Assembly (NCBI GenBank): GCA_036651955.1
Contig: JAVVWU010000001.1
Coordinates: 24,932-88,931, forward strand
Source of the DNA: Kiritimatiellia bacterium
GTDB taxonomy: Bacteria; Verrucomicrobiota; Kiritimatiellia; RFP12; DVOR01
Reading direction: 5' to 3'
Length of the DNA stretch: 64,000 nucleotides
The notes beneath the pieces are model-generated. The model did not search any database and was not told the DNA's origin. It saw nothing but the letters and a program-made list of their open reading frames with translations. Below, piece after piece: positions 58,198 through 64,000 of this stretch. Every line of letters starts with the position of its first letter. Positions within the stretch are counted from its first letter, which is position 1. The translations under genes and the position numbers were made by a program.

Positions 58198-59298
58198 CTA
58201 TTGCGCGCCCTTATTGCGACAGCTGTGGCGAAAGGTCTCAGCGTAAGTCCCATATAGAAGCAAAGCAACGACAGGCACAAGGAAGTAAAATCCGAGCCGA
58301 TGAGAATGTTCGTGAGAGAGTAATGCCTGAGACGGAAGCGTCACCCATGATGCCAGTGGGAAGTCAATCAGCAGTGCCATCAGAACGGCGACGGAAACAA
58401 CGCCAACGACAAAACAAACGACCGTCCTCCACCCCAAATTTCGCCCTAAAACAAGCAGTGCGCCGACGTGCGTTGTGGGAGCACAAACAAGAAAGATAAA
58501 AGCGGTGCCGGGCGTTAAGCCGTTGGCAATCAGCCCTGCTGCCACTGGAACAATCGCCACCGAACAGGCATACGTAGGAATACCAATCAGCATTGCCAGT
58601 AAATACGCCACGGGCAATGCAACGCCTTGGAAAAGATTTTCAGGAATACACACCGTGAGTGCCGCCGCAATCAAAACGCCAATTGCCAAAAGAATCGACA
58701 GTTCGCCGGGCAGATGAATAAAGGCATAACGCGCCGCATCGCGAACACGTTCAGAACGGGAAGCGAATTCATGATGATGCGCTTCGCCTTCGAGATGCGG
58801 ATGTTCGCTATCGTGATGATGACAGCCACACAGTCCGGCACAGTCCGGCTCCAAATTTTCCGTTTCATGCAGCGGCGGTACCGCGACACCGTACCACCGA
58901 ACAAGTGCACCACAAACCAGTCCCGAAATCACCGCGCCCACAAGACGCAGCAGCATCATTACAGGTCCCAGCATTGACCACGTCAAAGGAAGCGCGTCAC
59001 TCCCTGACTGTGGCGTCGATGCCATAAAGGCGCAAACCGCTGATTTGCGTGCGCCACTATGACGTAACGCTAATGCCACCGGCAGAACACCACAGGAGCA
59101 CAATGGCAACGGCAAGCCGAAAAACGAAGCTTTCACAATAGGCCACCATCCCTGTCCGCCCAAATGACGGTGCATCCTTTTTTCTGTAAGAAAGTAGGAA
59201 CAGAGAAAAGCAATCAGCATTCCAAGTAAAAGCCACGGCGCCATGTCCAGCCAAATGTCCAGCACTGCGTCCCAATACTCGTACCACATACTAGGCAT
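58198..59298 (-). CDS. DUF318/YraQ-family permease with a His-rich loop
   Basis: Two repeats of a four-TM unit with conserved CSCG and CS motifs. Central loop CGCHHHDSEHPHLEGEAHHHE. Confidence 0.6.
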   Translation of the reverse strand: MPSMWYEYWDAVLDIWLDMAPWLLLGMLIAFLCSYFLTEKRMHRHLGGQGWWPIVKASFFGLPLPLCSCGVLPVALALRHSGARKSAVCAFMASTPQSGSDALPLTWSMLGPVMMLLRLVGAVISGLVCGALVRWYGVAVPPLHETENLEPDCAGLCGCHHHDSEHPHLEGEAHHHEFASRSERVRDAARYAFIHLPGELSILLAIGVLIAAALTVCIPENLFQGVALPVAYLLAMLIGIPTYACSVAIVPVAAGLIANGLTPGTAFIFLVCAPTTHVGALLVLGRNLGWRTVVCFVVGVVSVAVLMALLIDFPLASWVTLPSQALLSHEHSHRLGFYFLVPVVALLLYGTYAETFRHSCRNKGAQ

Positions 59299-60583
59299 CC
59301 TTTACGAGACGCGTTGCCAATGCAGACAACCCGTGATCACGTGCGCCAAAAAGAGCAAGCATCGTTCCGGGACGTGCGACAGCTCGCAAACGTTCTTCCG
59401 CCACCGACAAATCTGCCACCTGTTCCACCGGACAAGTGAGCCGAGAAAAGAGAACCTCGCTGTTAATACTCCGATCCGCCGTCCCGCCGTCATCATAAAC
59501 GGGAAGTAAAAACAGTTTGTCACAAGGACGCACCGTCGCATTAAACATAGCGACAAGTCCCTCTAACATTTTACGTAGCGGCGCATATCCGTGCGGACGC
59601 CAGACACCATACACCCCTTGAGGACAAACGGCGGAGAGTGTCGTCCATGCGGCAGAAAGTTTTTCAATATTATGCGCATAGTCATCGACGACCATTGCCC
59701 CGTGACACGTCCCGACACGTTCCAACCGGCGGCGAATGCCACGGAAAGTTGCCAGCGCGTGGTTCAACTTTTCCGCATCAAATCCCAAAGCAAGCGCCAT
59801 CGAAAGTGCCGCTTTAGCGTTGGCAATATTATGTGCCCCCGGCATTGGCAGCATCCACGAACGTCCGCGCCATTGAAAGACAGACTCCCATAAACCGTCC
59901 GGCGAAAAAGTCTCTGGCGGTTCCTCACGTGAATCAATGACCACACCGGAAGCTTTCGACTTAAAAGCATCAAAGAGGCGAATCGCTTCCTCTTTCGGGA
60001 AATGATCACCTGAAGCATTCGTAATAATAATATGTGCAGGCGATAGTACCATCAAAGATTTATCAGATTCGTCCGCTTCCACCACCATCCATCCCTTCGG
60101 ATCGGAAGACGTGCGCACCGATCCGACACGTGTGCCGTCAGCATCATAGCCTGTCATTTCGGCACCATTGATAATACACGGATCTGCGCCACAGACCGTC
60201 AGTAAATGTCCCAGCAATGCCGTCACGGAAGACTTGCCGCACGTTCCTGTCACCGCAATCAGCGTATGCCCTTCGGACAGCTTCGCTAAAACTTCACTTC
60301 GATGACAAAGATTCAGCCCCAAACTTTTCGCACGCACAAAATCGGGATTATCCTGTTCAATCGCCGTCGAATAAACCACCGTGCCTGTTTGAGCAGAAAT
60401 AGCAGAACCGTCTTGCGGAAAAAGTTGAACGCCCTGTTGGCGAAGCGTATCGAGGACAGGCGCAAAACGTCCTAATCCTAAGAGACGATCAGAGCCACTG
60501 ACGTGCCATCCTTGATCAATGAAAATCTGCGCAAGCGCACTCATGCCCACGCCACCAATGCCTATGAAATGAATAGATTGCAT
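59291..60583 (-). CDS. MurC/Mpl-family UDP-N-acetylmuramate ligase
   Basis: MQSIHFIGIGGVGMSALA N-terminus and VTGTCGKSS P-loop. Start at 60583; 430 aa, so possibly Mpl rather than MurC. Confidence 0.8.
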   Translation of the reverse strand: MQSIHFIGIGGVGMSALAQIFIDQGWHVSGSDRLLGLGRFAPVLDTLRQQGVQLFPQDGSAISAQTGTVVYSTAIEQDNPDFVRAKSLGLNLCHRSEVLAKLSEGHTLIAVTGTCGKSSVTALLGHLLTVCGADPCIINGAEMTGYDADGTRVGSVRTSSDPKGWMVVEADESDKSLMVLSPAHIIITNASGDHFPKEEAIRLFDAFKSKASGVVIDSREEPPETFSPDGLWESVFQWRGRSWMLPMPGAHNIANAKAALSMALALGFDAEKLNHALATFRGIRRRLERVGTCHGAMVVDDYAHNIEKLSAAWTTLSAVCPQGVYGVWRPHGYAPLRKMLEGLVAMFNATVRPCDKLFLLPVYDDGGTADRSINSEVLFSRLTCPVEQVADLSVAEERLRAVARPGTMLALFGARDHGLSALATRLVKDA

Positions 60584-60638
60584 AGGGCGAAAGTATAACA
60601 CCTTTGCTATACTTGCAGTAATCTGAAATGAGGACCTT

Positions 60639-61697
60639 ATGAAGACCATTCCAATCGTTCACTGTTTTGATTACAAATATATTATTCCTGCGAGCGTCTG
60701 TTTCCATTCTTTGTTGCGCCATGGCAATCGCGACTGCTTTTATCAACTGTTAGTCATCGGTAGTGGATTAACGCCGGAACATTGCGAAGCGCTTCAAGCC
60801 GTTGTCCGCCCCTTTCCCAATGCCTCGCTTGAAATTATCGAAGCGCCCAAACTGGATCTTCCCGACGGTGGCGAAGTGCTTTCTGCCAATCTTTCCAAAG
60901 ACGTCTTTTATAAAATGCTGATTCCCGAAATCTTTCCGCAATACGATCGCATTATCGTTTCCGATGTGGATATTGTTTACACTGGCGACACCTCGGGAAT
61001 TATGGATTTTCTCCCCGAAGACGACGATGCCTACTTTGCCGGTATTCCCGATCCCGGATATGCCGTTTGGAGAAATGAAGGCATTCTGCGAACGCTCGGC
61101 ACACCGAAGAGTTTCCACCGCTACGATCGTTTCTACACAAAAGAAATGAAAGAGAAATTGTGGTTGAACACCGGATATATGGTGCTCAACGCCAAGAAAA
61201 TGCGCGCGGATAAAATCTCACAAAAGTGTATGGCATATGCAAATGCAAATTTCAAACGGCTCGTTCTGCTCGATCAAGACGTTCTGAATATCATCTGTTT
61301 TCCGCACCTTCGCGCCGTGCCACCGCAATATATGGCGTTTGCGTTGTACCGCAAATTCTATAATGAACTGACTGCCGAACAGCGTAGCGCCGCCCCGGAA
61401 TGGGATGCAATGTTTGCAAAGCCACTTCTCCTTCACTACGTTTCCGGTCTTAAGCCGTGGAAATATCCTGCCTCTCAATTAGCGGAAGTATGGTTCGACA
61501 ATCTCATCGACTGCGGACTATTCGATCAGTGGCGGATTAGTGCTGAAAAACTGGCGCACCCTTACGAACACATTAAGAAACGCCGTCAGATTTGGAAAGG
61601 TTCGATACCTTTCACCTTGCACCCATTGCGAAAATTTGTTCTTACCATTTCCAAAGATACATATGAAACTGCCAAATATGAAGGAGGCGTGCAGTGA
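60639..61697 (+). CDS. glycosyltransferase family 8, tandem paralog 1
   Basis: IPIVHCFDYKYIIPASVCFHSLL...VSDVDIVY (DxD). About 55 % identical by eye to the next gene. Confidence 0.8.
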   Translation: MKTIPIVHCFDYKYIIPASVCFHSLLRHGNRDCFYQLLVIGSGLTPEHCEALQAVVRPFPNASLEIIEAPKLDLPDGGEVLSANLSKDVFYKMLIPEIFPQYDRIIVSDVDIVYTGDTSGIMDFLPEDDDAYFAGIPDPGYAVWRNEGILRTLGTPKSFHRYDRFYTKEMKEKLWLNTGYMVLNAKKMRADKISQKCMAYANANFKRLVLLDQDVLNIICFPHLRAVPPQYMAFALYRKFYNELTAEQRSAAPEWDAMFAKPLLLHYVSGLKPWKYPASQLAEVWFDNLIDCGLFDQWRISAEKLAHPYEHIKKRRQIWKGSIPFTLHPLRKFVLTISKDTYETAKYEGGVQ

Positions 61698-62752
61698 GAA
61701 CAATTCCAATCATTCATTGTTTTGACCACAATTATATTCTGCCCGCCGGCGTCTGTTTCCAGTCCCTGCTTGCAACAGCGAATCCCGATACGTTTTACGC
61801 ATTGCACGTTATCGGTACAGCATTAACCGATGAGGACAAAGAAACACTGTTAACGATTGTCCGCAAATTCCCGAATGCCTCGCTTGAATTTATCGAAGCT
61901 CCCGCGCTGGATCTTCCCGGCGGTGGTGAAATCTCATCGGGGAATCTTTCCAAAGACGTTTTTTATAAAATGCTTATTCCTGAACTTTTCCCACAATATG
62001 ATGTCGCGATCGTGACCGACGTAGACGTTGTTTATAAAAATGATATTGCAACCGCTTTTGATTATTTAAGCGCCGATGACGATGCCTATTTTTGTGGAAC
62101 AAAAGACGTTGGCTACTCCGTTTGGAACAACACCGGCATCTTGCGCGAGTTGGGTGCGCCCAAATTCTTCGTTCGTTACAATCGTCTCTTCTCCTCCGAA
62201 GAACGTGCCGCACTCAAAATCGGCGCCGGTTTTTGCATTTTCAATTGCAAACGTATGCGCGAAGACAAGATTCCTAAAAGATGTCTTGATTTCACCCGTA
62301 AGAACTTTTCACGTTTGTTGCTTCCAGAGCAAGACGTACTGAATATCGTTTGTGCGTCCAAGGTAAAAACGATGCCCTCACGCTTCATGGCGATTGCTTA
62401 CTACGACAAATATTATCAGGAACTCACAGCGGAACAACGCGCGAAGAATCCGGCATGGGATGAAATGTTTTCCGACCCTGTGCAAATACACTATGCTTCC
62501 GGTATTAAACCGTGGAAGTACCCTGCCTCGCCATTGGCAGATCCATGGTTCAAAGCGCTTTTTGACAGTGGACTGTTTGACCGTTGGCGGCTTTGGTTTG
62601 ACCACTATTTGCATCCGTATGAAGAAGTCAAAAAGACACGCGACCTTTTCGAGTTTTCCGTTCCCTTTACGTGGAAACCGCTGCGCCGGCTCATTGTCAA
62701 TTTCTCTAAAGATACCTATGAGGAACATGACCGTGATACCGTTCAAGAGTAA
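61694..62752 (+). CDS. glycosyltransferase family 8, tandem paralog 2
   Basis: [23 protein letters not shown]...VTDVDVVY. Collinear with paralog 1 over the full 352 aa. Overlaps its stop (ATGA-type). Confidence 0.8.
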   Translation: MRTIPIIHCFDHNYILPAGVCFQSLLATANPDTFYALHVIGTALTDEDKETLLTIVRKFPNASLEFIEAPALDLPGGGEISSGNLSKDVFYKMLIPELFPQYDVAIVTDVDVVYKNDIATAFDYLSADDDAYFCGTKDVGYSVWNNTGILRELGAPKFFVRYNRLFSSEERAALKIGAGFCIFNCKRMREDKIPKRCLDFTRKNFSRLLLPEQDVLNIVCASKVKTMPSRFMAIAYYDKYYQELTAEQRAKNPAWDEMFSDPVQIHYASGIKPWKYPASPLADPWFKALFDSGLFDRWRLWFDHYLHPYEEVKKTRDLFEFSVPFTWKPLRRLIVNFSKDTYEEHDRDTVQE

Positions 62753-63452
62753 CATTACACGAAATGCCCGCAAGAAAGTCTTACGGGTGCACGACCTCCA
62801 ATTGGTTCTCCGCAATCGGCAAACGTTCTCCGAGACGTTTCGATGCGAACCGCATGTGCAACTCTCCCCTTCGGTAGGAACCGATGGCTTACTGGAAGTC
62901 GGCGCGTACACTTACTTTGCCCAAAGCCGCCTTCAAGACGTACTCATTCACGGACTGCGCATTGGGCGCTACTGTTCCGTCGCGCCGTTTACGCAAATCA
63001 ATCCTTTTACGCACGCCCTTCGCTGGCTGTCAACGTCCTCCTACGTTTCCACCGGTCACGGATGGAATCCGAATGGCGCGCCAGTCACCATTGGCAACGA
63101 TGTATGGGTGGGCACGCAAGTTGTCATTCTTCCGGGCGTAACCGTTGGCGATGGCGCCATCATTGCCGCTGGTGCGATTGTAACCAAAGATGTCCCGCCC
63201 TACGCAATCGTCGGCGGCGTCCCTGCGAAAATCGTTCGAATGCGTTTCCCCGAACCGCTGATAGAGCGCCTCTTACGCGTGCGTTGGTGGCAATACGATC
63301 TCCGCTCACGCGACTTCGGATATGACGATCCGGAACGCGCCTTGGATCAAATCGAAGCCGCCGTTGCTCAAGGAGAATTGCAACCGTATACTCCTGAGTG
63401 GATTACCGCCGAAACGCTCCGCCAAACGTTACGCCCTTGGTGGTCGCGTTAA
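62727..63452 (+). CDS. xenobiotic-acetyltransferase-family (Vat/CatB-like) hexapeptide-repeat O-acetyltransferase
   Basis: [53 protein letters not shown]...RWWQYD closely matches the Vat/CatB C-terminal signature. Start overlaps the 3' end of the GT8 gene. Confidence 0.8.
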   Translation: MTVIPFKSNITRNARKKVLRVHDLQLVLRNRQTFSETFRCEPHVQLSPSVGTDGLLEVGAYTYFAQSRLQDVLIHGLRIGRYCSVAPFTQINPFTHALRWLSTSSYVSTGHGWNPNGAPVTIGNDVWVGTQVVILPGVTVGDGAIIAAGAIVTKDVPPYAIVGGVPAKIVRMRFPEPLIERLLRVRWWQYDLRSRDFGYDDPERALDQIEAAVAQGELQPYTPEWITAETLRQTLRPWWSR

Positions 63453-63466
63453 TGCGCCTACAATAG

Positions 63467-63500
63467 AAAAAGCCTCCGATCCTCGGAGGCTTCTTGGTTT
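63467..63500. terminator. bidirectional Rho-independent terminator
   Basis: aaaaagcctccg atcct cggaggcttcttggttt between the convergent acetyltransferase and SDR genes. Confidence 0.7.
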
Positions 63501-63514
63501 ACGAGAGCCGCGCT

Positions 63515-64000
63515 TTACAATAGTTGTTGCCCGGCGGCAACATAAAGAATCTGCCCCGTCACCGAAGCCGTTCGCAAAAGAAATTCAACCGCGCGATAAA
63601 CATCTTCAATCGTTGGACGCGGTGTCAGACACACGCCACCCTTCTCGCGATGATCGGCAGAAGGCGGTGGAAGGATCGGACCAGGCGCAATACCATTGAC
63701 ACGCGCCCCACTCTCCTGCCCCCACGCACGCGCCGCTTTCAACGTCCAATCACGCAATCGCCGCTTCCCTTCGACATAGCCTTGTATATTCGGCGGCAAT
63801 GCCTCGGGCAGACGATTCACACGCGCATCTAAAAACGTAATCACGTGCGCCTTTGGGAACTTTTCATGAAGGCACTCGGCAATCCAAACGGGCGCGGCAT
63901 GATTCGCAAGCCCCATACGTTCCGCCGAACCATTCAGCTCAAAAAGTCCTGCCAAGAGAAGAACCGCATCACACGCCGGCAACGTCTCTGCGACACGTTC
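63515..64000 (-). CDS. short-chain dehydrogenase/reductase (SDR) family protein; C-terminal part in window, N-terminal part beyond the window end
   Basis: NGIAPGPI motif typical of classical SDRs. The open frame runs off the window end. Confidence 0.65.
   Translation of the reverse strand, partial: ERVAETLPACDAVLLLAGLFELNGSAERMGLANHAAPVWIAECLHEKFPKAHVITFLDARVNRLPEALPPNIQGYVEGKRRLRDWTLKAARAWGQESGARVNGIAPGPILPPPSADHREKGGVCLTPRPTIEDVYRAVEFLLRTASVTGQILYVAAGQQLL

Overview
This is a gene-dense, compact bacterial chromosomal window, roughly mid-50s % GC by eye, with many overlapping start and stop codons and no rRNA, transposase, integrase or CRISPR. Gene content points to an anaerobic, host-associated bacterium, probably from the PVC superphylum or a spirochaete; I cannot name the species. 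The clues are a diaminopimelate aminotransferase (DapL), a Chlamydia/spirochaete-type V-ATPase operon lacking subunits C and F, pyruvate formate-lyase, Rex, a TonB-dependent receptor, a leucine-rich-repeat lipoprotein and a eukaryote-like Ser/Thr kinase.

Main blocks:
- 1-10.6 kb, minus strand: cell-envelope and housekeeping run (dapL, LpxL-family acyltransferase, WecA-like transferase, DegT aminotransferase, DUF218, rex, THUMP methyltransferase, rmuC, icd).
- 10.9-11.1 kb: tRNA-Gly and tRNA-Val.
- 11-14.5 kb: ABC-F ATPase, small membrane protein, Maa acetyltransferase, GDSL hydrolase.
- 14.6-16.7 kb: stand-alone EF-G paralog.
- 17.1-18.7 kb: AT-rich membrane protein next to tRNA-Lys and tRNA-Gly.
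- 19.4-25.4 kb: small lipoprotein, ribD, CPA2 antiporter with an overlapping orphan OppD-like ATPase, pflB.
- 25.5-31 kb, minus strand: FtsX permease, MacB-like ATPase and a TonB-dependent receptor.
- 31.7 kb: tRNA-Tyr.
- 32-39.1 kb: V-ATPase operon (E, hypothetical, A, B, D, I, K).
- 39.3-44.7 kb: multidomain esterase and a strongly AT-rich islet of secreted hypotheticals.
- 44.7-45.7 kb: purM.
- 45.8-56.2 kb, minus strand: eight genes with overlapping start/stop codons or short gaps (Ser/Thr kinase, HExxH membrane protein, sirtuin, GT8, methyltransferase, NUDIX-BirA fusion, LRR lipoprotein, U32 peptidase).
- 56.9-64 kb: metY, a permease, a MurC/Mpl ligase, two tandem GT8 paralogs, a xenobiotic-type (XAT) acetyltransferase, and a partial SDR.

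The most unusual things are:
- a multi-hairpin intergenic repeat family of about 365 bp with two full copies and one partial inverted copy;
- an 11-G homopolymer fused to a TG/TA microsatellite at the 3' end of a glycosyltransferase gene;
- a zinc-ribbon motif shared by a small protein and the kinase N-terminus;
- two AT-rich islets that look foreign.
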